A DNA stretch of 64,000 bases from Rhynchopus sp. YZ270_cl-10 (lineage: Eukaryota): the NCBI GenBank assembly GCA_964035575.1, contig OZ037844.1, forward strand, positions 1,240,001 through 1,304,000. Direction: 5' to 3'. Under the pieces are notes generated by a model that was given only the letters and a program-made list of their open reading frames with translations, did no database searches and was not told where the DNA came from. Numbering within the stretch: the stretch's first letter is position 1; each line of letters starts with the position of its first letter. This document shows, one piece after another, positions 46,578 to 56,178 of this stretch. The position numbers and the translations under genes were made by a program.

Positions 46578-48266
46578 ATGTCGAAGGACGAGGAACACGC
46601 AGACAGCACACCCGACGAGAAGGCATCAAAGAGAAGAAAGCTTTCAGACTCGGTCTTGGTGGAGGCTGCCAGGAACGGCGACACGACTGCCGTGCGGGTG
46701 GGACTTGAGAAGCTCAGCCCAGACACAGACAGCAAAACGGTTGCCTTCGATGCTGTGCACGAGGCATGCAGAGGGAACCACGATGAATGCCTCGCACTGC
46801 TTCTTCCGTATGTTGAGACAACGCAGATGGGCTTCGGGATGCTGCTGAGTGAGTGCATCCACGCAGACCACACTGCGTGCACGGAGGTCCTCTTGCAGCA
46901 TTGGAAGTCAGTCTGCAGCAACGTTGCGTTTGTCCCACACGGGATAGAGGTAGATAGCGAAGATAAGACACCTTGTCCCTGTCCAGCCATGTGGGCGGAC
47001 CCTGCAGTGTGTCAGGTGCTCATTGATGCAGGGGCAGACATCGAGACAAAGAATGAGAATGGACGTTCACCTCTGCTCAGGGCGAGCGTTTCAGGCAAGA
47101 TCGCAGTTGTGAAGATGTTGGTTGAAGCAGGTGCGGACGTGTGTGTCACAGACAACGAAGGAGACTCATGTCTTACCCTTGCGGCATGGAGTGAACACAC
47201 CGAGACTGTGCGTTATCTTGTGGGTTTGAAGGATGTGGACGTGAATCACGCAGAGAACGACGGCGACACTGCGTTGCACTTCGCAGTGCAGGAAGGACAT
47301 GGCGATGTGGTGCAGGTGCTAATTGATGCAGGTGCAGACCTAGAGGCAAAGAACAAAGATGACGAGCAGGGGCGTTCACCTCTGCTCTTGGCAAGCGTCG
47401 AAGGGCATCTCGATATTGTGAAGATGTTGGTCGAAGCAGGTGCGGGGGTGCGTGTAACAGACAACGAAGGTGACACGTGTCTTATCCTTGCGTCACTCCG
47501 TGGACACACCGAGACTGTGCGCTATCTTGTTGGATTGAAGGAGGTGGAAGTGAATCAGAAGGATAACGATGGCTTCACTGCTCTGCCCCTTGCTGCTTCA
47601 GGAAGTCATGCAGATGTGGTGAAGGTGCTCATTGATGCAGGGGCAGACATCGAGACAAAGGATGAGACGGGACGTTCGCCTCTGCACTGGGCTTGCTGTT
47701 CAGGAGCACTCGCAGTTGTGAAGGTGTTGGTCAAAGCAGGTGCAGACGTGTGTGTCACAAACAACAAAGGAAACACGTGTCTCATGCTTGCGGCACATAA
47801 TGGACACACCGAGACTGTGCGTACTCTTCTGTGCATGCCTGAGGTGGACGTGAATCAGTCGAATACCGGGGGCTGCACTGCACTGGTCGGTACAGTGATG
47901 CTGAAGCACTCAGATGTACTGGAGGTGCTTATTGATGCAGGGGCAGACATTGGGGCAAAGAGTGATAGGATGGTACGTACGCCTCTTCACAGTGCTTGTG
48001 AGGTTGGGGAACGCGATATTGCGAAGATGTTGGTCGAAGCAGGTGCGGATGTGTGTTCCACAGACAACGATGGAAACAGTTGTCTTTCTCTTGCTGCTTA
48101 TTTTGGACACACCGACACTGTGCGTTACCTTTTGGGCTTGAAGGATGTGGATGTGAACCACAGGTGTTTGTCTGGCCACACTGCGTTGCACCATGCGAGA
48201 CAGAAACAACATACAGATGTGGAGCAGGTTCTCCTCGAGCACGGTGGGGAAGTCTTCCCGCAATGA
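46578..48266 (+). CDS. Ankyrin-repeat protein, 562 aa from the conserved Met
   Basis: Conserved N-module; C-cap and 3' flank shared with the 24862 gene. Confidence 0.92.
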   Translation: MSKDEEHADSTPDEKASKRRKLSDSVLVEAARNGDTTAVRVGLEKLSPDTDSKTVAFDAVHEACRGNHDECLALLLPYVETTQMGFGMLLSECIHADHTACTEVLLQHWKSVCSNVAFVPHGIEVDSEDKTPCPCPAMWADPAVCQVLIDAGADIETKNENGRSPLLRASVSGKIAVVKMLVEAGADVCVTDNEGDSCLTLAAWSEHTETVRYLVGLKDVDVNHAENDGDTALHFAVQEGHGDVVQVLIDAGADLEAKNKDDEQGRSPLLLASVEGHLDIVKMLVEAGAGVRVTDNEGDTCLILASLRGHTETVRYLVGLKEVEVNQKDNDGFTALPLAASGSHADVVKVLIDAGADIETKDETGRSPLHWACCSGALAVVKVLVKAGADVCVTNNKGNTCLMLAAHNGHTETVRTLLCMPEVDVNQSNTGGCTALVGTVMLKHSDVLEVLIDAGADIGAKSDRMVRTPLHSACEVGERDIAKMLVEAGADVCSTDNDGNSCLSLAAYFGHTDTVRYLLGLKDVDVNHRCLSGHTALHHARQKQHTDVEQVLLEHGGEVFPQ

Positions 48267-48741
48267 GACACATTGTGCCTGGTGGTTATCGGCAACTGAA
48301 CGAAACAATCTCAGACAAACTGAGTTCGGGCAGGCCAGTCGATGTGGCAGGCAACTACACTACAACAAATTTATCGAACAAGAGAAAAAAGCCCGAGTCA
48401 CTTACTTCGCACAAGGATTTGCTCCCTTGTGTTCCAATTATACCCGTTTCGTTGACTGACGAGCGGTAGCGGGAGTAGGACATCTCAACGTAGACCGCGA
48501 AATGGAAGTAAGCTGGGCGGAGGGTGGGCGTGGCGTGGATATATTCTGTTGCGACACGTGATTTTTCCAAGTTTTCAAAAAAGAAGAGAAAAAAAAAAGA
48601 CAGACCAGAGTTTCCTAGTTATCACATCTGCCACTCTCTAAGGATGAGCTCTGCTATCTGTATACGCGTAGTGTCCTTCCCCACCTCACAACCCCCGTAA
48701 AAAGGAAAACCACAACACACATTAACGAGAAGTTCAAAACC

Positions 48742-51700
48742 ATGTCGAAGGAGCAACACGCAGACAGCGAAGAGAACCCACCGAAGAGAAGGCAGCTTTC
48801 AGACTCGGTCTTGGTGGAGGCTGTGAGGAACGGCGACACGACTGCCGTGCGGGTGGGACTTGAGAAGCTCAACCCAGACACAGACACAGACAGCAAAACG
48901 GTTGCCTTCGATGCTGTGCACGAGGCATGCAGAGGGAACCACGATGAATGCCTCGCACTGCTTCTTCCGTATGTTGAGACAACGCAGATGGGCTTTGGGA
49001 TCCTGCTGAGTGAGTGCGTCCACGCAGACCACACTGCGTGCACGGAGGTCCTCTTGCAGCATTGGAAGTCAGTCTGCAGCAACGTTGCGTTTGTCCCACA
49101 CGGGCAGGAGGCAGACAACGAAGATAAGACACCTCGTCCCTGTCCAGCCATGTGGGCGGACCCTGCAGTGTGTCAGGTGCTCATTGATGCAGGGGCAGAC
49201 ATCGAGACAAAGGATGAGGATGGACGTTCACCTCTTCTCAGGGCGAGCATTTCAGGCAAGTCCGCAGCTGTGAAGATGTTGGTCGAAGCAGGTGCAGACG
49301 TGTGTGTCACAGACAAGCAAGGAGATACGTGTCTTACCCTTGCGTCTTGTTTTGGACAAACTGAAAATGTGCGCTATCTTGTGGGTTTGAAGGAGGTGGA
49401 TGTGAATCACACAAGCGAGGACGGCTACACTGTGTTGCACTGTGCAGGTGAAAACAACTACCCTGTAGTGTGTCAGGTGCTCATTGATGCAGGGGCAGAC
49501 ATCGAGACAAAGGAAAACAAGGGACGTCCACCTCTTCACAAGGCTAGCAGTTCAGGAGCACTCAATGTTGTGAAGGTGTTGGTCGAAGCAGGTGCAGACG
49601 TGTGTGTCACAGATAACACCGGACGCACGTGTCTTATCTTTGCGGCAATGTTTGGACACACCGAGACTGTGCGCTATCTTGTGGGTTTGAAGGATGTGGA
49701 CGTGAATTACTCAGGTTATGAATGCTGCAGTGCTTTGAGCCATGCAGTTGTGGGAAACCACGCAGACGTGGTGCAGGTGCTCATTGATGCAGGTGCCGAC
49801 ATTGAGACACAGGAAAAGAAGGGACGTTCGCCTCTTCACAAGGCTAGCAGTTCAGGAGCACTCAATGTTGTGAAGGTGTTGGTCGAAGCAGGTGCAGACG
49901 TGTGTGTCACAGATAACCTGGGACGAACATGTGTTGCCCTTGCGTCTCATTTGGGACACACCGAGACTGTGCGTTACCTTGCGGGTTTGAAGGAGGTGGA
50001 CTTGGAGCACGCTGATAGCACGGGACGCACTGCGTTGAGCCATGCAGTTGTTGCAAACCACGCAGACGTGGTGGAGGTGCTCATTGCTGCAGGGGCAGAT
50101 ATTGAGACAAGAGACAATCACGACCGTACGCCGCTCCTGGTGGCGAGCCAGTGTGGGAATCTCCGAGTTGTGGAGGTGTTCGCCAAAGCAGGTGCAGACG
50201 TGTGTGTCACAGATAACAAAAGACGCACGTGTCTTACCCTTGCGGCTGCCAGTGGACACACCGAGACTGTGCGCTATCTTACGGGCTTGGAGGATGTGGG
50301 CGTAAATCACTCAGGTGATGAAGGCTGCACTGCGTTGCACTGGGCAAGTAAAAAAAGCTATCCTGAAGTAGTTCAGGTGCTCATTGATGCAGGGGCCGAT
50401 ATTGAGGCTAAGGAAGAGAAGGGACGTTCGCCTCTTCACAAGGCTTGCATGTCGGGGCATCTCGATATTGTGAAGCTGTTAGTCAGATCAGGTGCGGGAG
50501 TGCGTGCCACAGACAACAAAGGAGTCACGTGCCTTATCGGTGCGTCATATTTGGGACACACCGAGACTGTGCGCTACCTTGTGGGTTTGAAGGATGTGGA
50601 CATAAATCACGTTGATAGCACAGGCTGTACTGCGTTGAGACATGCAGCTGTGCGAAACCACGCAGATGCGGTGCAGGTGCTCATTGATGCAGGGGCAGAC
50701 ATCGAGGTGAAGGATGAGGAGGGACGTTCACCTCTGCTCGTATCGAACTGTTTGGGCCACCTCGATATTGCGATAATGTTAGTCAAAGCAGGTGCGGACG
50801 TGTGTGTCACAGACAACAAAGGACGCACGTGTCTTACCCTTGCGTCTTATTATGGACACACCGAGACTGTGCACTACCTTGTGGGTTTGAAGGAGGTGGA
50901 CGTGAATCACTCAGGTGATGAAGGCTTCACTGCGTTGCACTGGGCAGGTCAAAAAAACCATCCTGAAGTAGTTCAGGTGCTCATTGATGCAGGGGCAGAC
51001 TTCGAGGCTAAGGAAGAGGAGGGACGTTCGCCTCTTCACAAGGCTTGCAATTCAGGGCATCTCGATATTGTGAAGCTGTTAGTCAGATCAGGTGCGGGAG
51101 TGCGTGCCACAGACAACAAAGGAGTCACATGTCTTATCGGTGCGTCATATTTGGGACACACCGAGACTGTGCGTTACCTTGTGGGTTTGAAGGAGGTGGA
51201 CATAAATCACGTTGATAGCACAGGCTGTACTGCGTTGAGACATGCAGCTGTGCGAAACCACGCAGATGCGGTGGAGGTGCTCATTGATGCAGGGGCAGAC
51301 ATCGAGGTGAAGGATGAGGAGGGACGTTCACCTCTGCTCGTATCGAACTGTTTGGGCCACCTCGATATTGCGATAATGTTAGTCAAAGCAGGTGCGGACG
51401 TGTGTGTCACAGACAACAAAGGACGCACGTGTTTTGCCCTTGCGTCTTATTATGGACATACCGAGACTGTGCGTTACCTTGCGGGTTTGAAGGAGGTGGA
51501 CTTGGAGCACGCTGATAGCACGGGACGCACTGCGTTGAGCCATGCAGTTGTTGCAAACCACGCAGACGTGGTGGAGGTGCTCATTGATGCAGGGGCAGAT
51601 ATTGAGACAAGAGGCAACCACGACCGTACGCCGCTCCTGGTGGCGAGCCAGTGTGGGAATCTCCAAGTTGTGAAGGTGTTGGTCAAAGCAGGTGCGGATG

Positions 51701-52215
51701 TGTGTGTCACACACGACAATGGAGACACATGTCTTGCCGTTGCTGCTGCCAATGGACACTCCGAGACTGTGCGTACTCTTCTGTGCTTGCCTGAGGTGGA
51801 TGTGAATCATTCAAATAACAGGGGCTTCACTTCACTGCACCGCGCAGTGTTAAAGAAGCACTCTGATGTGGTGCAGCTGCTCATTGATGCAGGGGCAGAC
51901 ATTGAGGTGAAGCGAGACAGAATTTCACCTCTTCGTTGTGCTTGTGACGTTGGGGAACTCGACATTGTGAAGATGTTGGTCGAAGCAGGTGTGGACGTGT
52001 GTGAGGTAGACAACAAAGGAAACACGTGTCTTATCATTGCGGCCCATTTTGGACACACCGAGACTGTGCGCTATCTTGTGGGATTACCGGAGGTGGATGT
52101 GAACCACAGAAATGTTTCTGGCCTGACTGCGTTGCAGCATGCGAGCCACAAACAACATGCAGATGTGGTGCAGATTCTCTTCTGTGCTTCAGGCAAAGAT
52201 ATTTTCCCTTTTTGA
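48742..52215 (+). CDS. Ankyrin-repeat protein, 1157 aa (~10 triplet cassettes)
   Basis: 300-bp periodic repeats after the conserved N-module. Confidence 0.93.
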   Translation: MSKEQHADSEENPPKRRQLSDSVLVEAVRNGDTTAVRVGLEKLNPDTDTDSKTVAFDAVHEACRGNHDECLALLLPYVETTQMGFGILLSECVHADHTACTEVLLQHWKSVCSNVAFVPHGQEADNEDKTPRPCPAMWADPAVCQVLIDAGADIETKDEDGRSPLLRASISGKSAAVKMLVEAGADVCVTDKQGDTCLTLASCFGQTENVRYLVGLKEVDVNHTSEDGYTVLHCAGENNYPVVCQVLIDAGADIETKENKGRPPLHKASSSGALNVVKVLVEAGADVCVTDNTGRTCLIFAAMFGHTETVRYLVGLKDVDVNYSGYECCSALSHAVVGNHADVVQVLIDAGADIETQEKKGRSPLHKASSSGALNVVKVLVEAGADVCVTDNLGRTCVALASHLGHTETVRYLAGLKEVDLEHADSTGRTALSHAVVANHADVVEVLIAAGADIETRDNHDRTPLLVASQCGNLRVVEVFAKAGADVCVTDNKRRTCLTLAAASGHTETVRYLTGLEDVGVNHSGDEGCTALHWASKKSYPEVVQVLIDAGADIEAKEEKGRSPLHKACMSGHLDIVKLLVRSGAGVRATDNKGVTCLIGASYLGHTETVRYLVGLKDVDINHVDSTGCTALRHAAVRNHADAVQVLIDAGADIEVKDEEGRSPLLVSNCLGHLDIAIMLVKAGADVCVTDNKGRTCLTLASYYGHTETVHYLVGLKEVDVNHSGDEGFTALHWAGQKNHPEVVQVLIDAGADFEAKEEEGRSPLHKACNSGHLDIVKLLVRSGAGVRATDNKGVTCLIGASYLGHTETVRYLVGLKEVDINHVDSTGCTALRHAAVRNHADAVEVLIDAGADIEVKDEEGRSPLLVSNCLGHLDIAIMLVKAGADVCVTDNKGRTCFALASYYGHTETVRYLAGLKEVDLEHADSTGRTALSHAVVANHADVVEVLIDAGADIETRGNHDRTPLLVASQCGNLQVVKVLVKAGADVCVTHDNGDTCLAVAAANGHSETVRTLLCLPEVDVNHSNNRGFTSLHRAVLKKHSDVVQLLIDAGADIEVKRDRISPLRCACDVGELDIVKMLVEAGVDVCEVDNKGNTCLIIAAHFGHTETVRYLVGLPEVDVNHRNVSGLTALQHASHKQHADVVQILFCASGKDIFPF

Positions 52216-53218
52216 TGTCCATTTGATCTGGGCTGTTTGGGGAGTGTGTTCTAAGTTTTATTTGTAAAAATATGGGTTTATCAGACCCGTGTTACAGCCC
52301 TTGCACCCCTCTTTAAAAATCCCTAAACGTGATCTGGGGATCGGGGATTTTACCCCGAATATTTACAGCTACCCTTGTTCCCCATATGCACAGCACACCC
52401 CGTTTTTTTCTTCTTCATCTTTTTTTCTCTTTCAATTCACAAAAAGGAAAAGTAGTGGAGTGCGGTTTCAATGTTACGCACGTCACTGGACTACTCGATC
52501 CCTTATCCAGTCTGTTAGCTAACTTTGTTCTGTGTACGAGGGATATTCAGTACTGTGTCTCGAACAGTCAGACAACGTGATGTGTTCTACGGCACACCGG
52601 ATGCACTTCTGTATGCAAGAAGCACGCTCCAGGATGCCTCGAATAGCATCACGTCTACGTACACGTGCACGAAAAGGAAACAAAAAAAACAAACGTAACC
52701 TATTACAACCCTTGACCTTTCAGTGCGTACGGCATAGTTAGCGCACCACCTAAACAAAGATGAACAGGGGTATAGTTCTTGGGTGGGTTTCTTTTTCACA
52801 TACATACGAACTGCGCAAATGATTGCCCTTAGGGTCCCCTGCTATGCTCCCATGGTAACTCCGTTCTCTCACGGTACGGAACACGAACGTCCCACCCTTA
52901 GCATGAGCACGACCGAGCTGCGTTTGAGTATTGCAACTCTCTCCTTCTCGATATGCTGTGATGACGTGCACTCCGTTCGACATTCCTTATGTGTGACGAT
53001 ACAGCCGCGAGCATCCCAACACACCAGGGAGATTCGACTCAGGTCAGCAGATTCCCACCACCACCCTCAGGAGGGGGACTTCCACACCCGTTTCGACTGT
53101 GACTGTGCTTGTCAGGGGTGGGAAGGCAGTTCAGGGACACCCACCACTCACCTCACAACCTCCACAAAAAGAAACAGCATAAAAGACACAACATTGAATA
53201 TCAACATCTTCACAAACC
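52216..53218 (+). repeat. ~1-kb spacer of array 2, duplicated at 55178-56178
   Basis: Near-identical sequence and spurious ORFs. Confidence 0.93.
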
Positions 53219-55177
53219 ATGTCGAAGGAGCAACACGCAGACAGCACACCTGGCGAGAAGGCAAAGAGAAGAAAGCTTTCTGCAGACTCGGTCTTGGTGG
53301 AGGCTGCCAGGAACGGCGACACGACTGCCGTGCGAGCAGGACTTGAGAAGCTCAGCCCAGACACAGACAGCAAAACGGTTGCCTTCGATGCTGTGCACGA
53401 GGCATGCAGAGGGAACCACGATGAATGCCTCGCACTGCTTCTTCCGTATGTTGAGACAACGCAGATGGGCTTCGGGATGCTGCTGAGTGAGTGCATCCAC
53501 GCAGACCACACTGCGTGCACGGAGGTCCTCTTGCAGCATTGGAAGTCAGTCTGCAGCAACGTTGCGTTTGTCCCACACGGGTGCAACATGAAACCTCGTG
53601 CCTGTCCAGCCATGTGGGCGGACCCTGCAGTGTGTCAGGTGCTCATTGATGCAGGGGCAGACATCGAGACAAAGGATGAGGATGGACGTTCACCTCTTCT
53701 CAGGGCGAGCGTTTCAGGCAAGATCGCAGTTGTGAAGATGTTGGTTGAAGCAGGTGCAGACGTGTGTGTCACAGACAAGCAAGGAGACACATGTCTTGCC
53801 CTTGCGTCTTGTTTTGGACACACCGAGACTGTGCGCTATCTTGTGGGTTTGAAGGATGTGGACGTGAATCACGCATGCGATGAAGGCTACACTGCATTGC
53901 ACTGTGCAGGTCAAAAAAACCACCCTGTAGTGTGTCAGGTGCTCATTGATGCAGGGGCAGATATTGAGGCAAAGGAAGAGAAGGGACGTTCACCTCTTCA
54001 CAATGCTGGCCTGTCAGGAGCACTCTATGTTGTGAAGGTGTTGGTCGAAGCAGGTGCGGACGTGTGTGTCACAGACAACAAAGGTGACACATGTCTGATA
54101 CTTGCGTCATATTTGGGACACACCGAGACTGTGCGTTACCTTGTGGGCTTGAAGGGGGTGGACATGAAGCACGTTGATAGCATAGGCTGTACTGCATTGA
54201 GCCATGCAGTTGTGCGAAACCACCCGGACGTGGTGCAGGTGCTCATTGATGCAGGGGCTGATATTGAGACAAGAGGCAACCACGACCGTACGCCGCTCGT
54301 GGTGGCGAGCCAGTGTGGGAATCTCCGAGTTGTGAAGATGTTGGTCAAAGCAGGTGCGGGTGTGTGTGTCACTGACAACCAGGGACGCATGTGTCTTACC
54401 CTTGCGGCTGCCAGTGGACGCACCGAGACTGTGCGCCATCTTGCGGGTTTGAAGGAGGTGGACGTGAATCACGTTGATAGCACAGGCTGCACTGCATTGA
54501 GACATGCAGCTGCGGGAAACCACGCAGATGTGTTAGAGGTGCTCATTGATGCAGGGGCAGATATTGAGACAAGAGACAACCACGACCGTACCCCGCTCCT
54601 GGTGGCGAGCCAGTGTGGGAATCTCCGAGTTGTGAAGATGTTGGTCAAAGCAGGTGCAGACGTGTGTGTCACCGACAACGAAGGAGACACATGTCTTACC
54701 CTTGCGGCTGCCAGTGGACACACCGAGACTGTGCGTACTCTTCTGTGCTTGCCTGAGGTGGATGTGAATCATGCAAAGTACAACGGCTTGACTTCACTGC
54801 ACCTCGCAGTGTTAAAGAAGCACTCTGCTGTGGTGCAGCTGCTCATTGATGCAGGGGCAGACATTGAGGTGAACCGAAACAGACTTACACCTCTTCGCTG
54901 TGCTTGTGACGTTGGGGAACTCGACATTGTACAGATGTTGGTCGAAGCAGGTGTGGACGTGTGTGAGGTAGACAACAAAGGAAACACGTGTCTTATCATT
55001 GCGGCCCATTTTGGACACACCGAGACTGTGCGCTATCTTGTGGGATTACCGGAGGTGGATGTGAACCACAGAAATGTTTCTGGCCTGACTGCGTTGCAGC
55101 ATGCGAGCCACAAACAACATGCAGATGTGGTGCAGATTCTCTTCTGTGCTTCAGGCAAAGATATTTTCCCTTTTTGA
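53219..55177 (+). CDS. Ankyrin-repeat protein, 652 aa
   Basis: Conserved N-module, five triplets, C-cap identical to the 48742 gene. Confidence 0.93.
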   Translation: MSKEQHADSTPGEKAKRRKLSADSVLVEAARNGDTTAVRAGLEKLSPDTDSKTVAFDAVHEACRGNHDECLALLLPYVETTQMGFGMLLSECIHADHTACTEVLLQHWKSVCSNVAFVPHGCNMKPRACPAMWADPAVCQVLIDAGADIETKDEDGRSPLLRASVSGKIAVVKMLVEAGADVCVTDKQGDTCLALASCFGHTETVRYLVGLKDVDVNHACDEGYTALHCAGQKNHPVVCQVLIDAGADIEAKEEKGRSPLHNAGLSGALYVVKVLVEAGADVCVTDNKGDTCLILASYLGHTETVRYLVGLKGVDMKHVDSIGCTALSHAVVRNHPDVVQVLIDAGADIETRGNHDRTPLVVASQCGNLRVVKMLVKAGAGVCVTDNQGRMCLTLAAASGRTETVRHLAGLKEVDVNHVDSTGCTALRHAAAGNHADVLEVLIDAGADIETRDNHDRTPLLVASQCGNLRVVKMLVKAGADVCVTDNEGDTCLTLAAASGHTETVRTLLCLPEVDVNHAKYNGLTSLHLAVLKKHSAVVQLLIDAGADIEVNRNRLTPLRCACDVGELDIVQMLVEAGVDVCEVDNKGNTCLIIAAHFGHTETVRYLVGLPEVDVNHRNVSGLTALQHASHKQHADVVQILFCASGKDIFPF

Positions 55178-56178
55178 TGTCCATTTGATCTGGGCTGTTT
55201 GGGGAGTGTGTTCTAAGTTTTATTTGTAAAAATATGGGTTTATCAGACCCGTGTTACAGCCCTTGCACCCCTCTTTAAAAACCCCTAAACGTGATCTGGG
55301 GATCGGGGATTTTACCCCGAATATTTACAGCTACCCTTGTTCCCCATATGCACAGCACACCCCGTTTTTTTCTTCTTCATCTTTTTTTCTCTTTCAATTC
55401 ACAAAAAGGAAAAGTAGTGGAGTGCGGTTTCAATGTTACGCACGTCACTGGACTACTCGATCCCTTATCCCAGTCTGTTAGCTAACTTTGTTCTGTGTAC
55501 GAGGGATATTCAGTACTGTGTCTCAACAGTCAGACAACGTGATGTGTTCTACGGCACACCGGATGCACTTCTGTTTGCAAGAAGCACGCTCCAGGATGCC
55601 TCGAATAGCATCACGTCTACGTACACGTGGGCGAAAGGAAACAAAAAAAAACAAACGTAACCTATTACAACCCTTGACCTTTCAGTGCGTACGACATAGT
55701 TAGCGTACCACAAAAGATGAACAGGGGTGTAGTTCTTGGCTGGGTTTCTTTTTCACATACATACGAACTGCGCAAATGATTGCCCTTAGGGTCCCCTGCT
55801 ATGCTCCCATGGTAACTCCGTTCTCTCACGGTACGGAACACGAACGTCCCACCCTTAGCATGAGCACGACCGAGCTGCGTTTGAGTATTGCAACTCTCTC
55901 CTTCTCGATATGCTGTGATGACGTGCACTCCGTTCGACATTCCTTATGTGTGACGATACAGCCGCGAGCATCCCAACACACCAGGGAGATTCGACTCAGG
56001 TCAGCAGATTCCCACCACCACCCTCAGGAGGGAGACTTCCACACCACCCGTTTCGACTGTGGCTGTGCTTGTCAGGGGTGGGAAGGCAGTTCAGGGACAC
56101 CCACCACTCACCTCACAACCTCCAGAAAAAGAAATAGCATAAAAGACACAACATTGAATATCAACATCTTCACAAACC

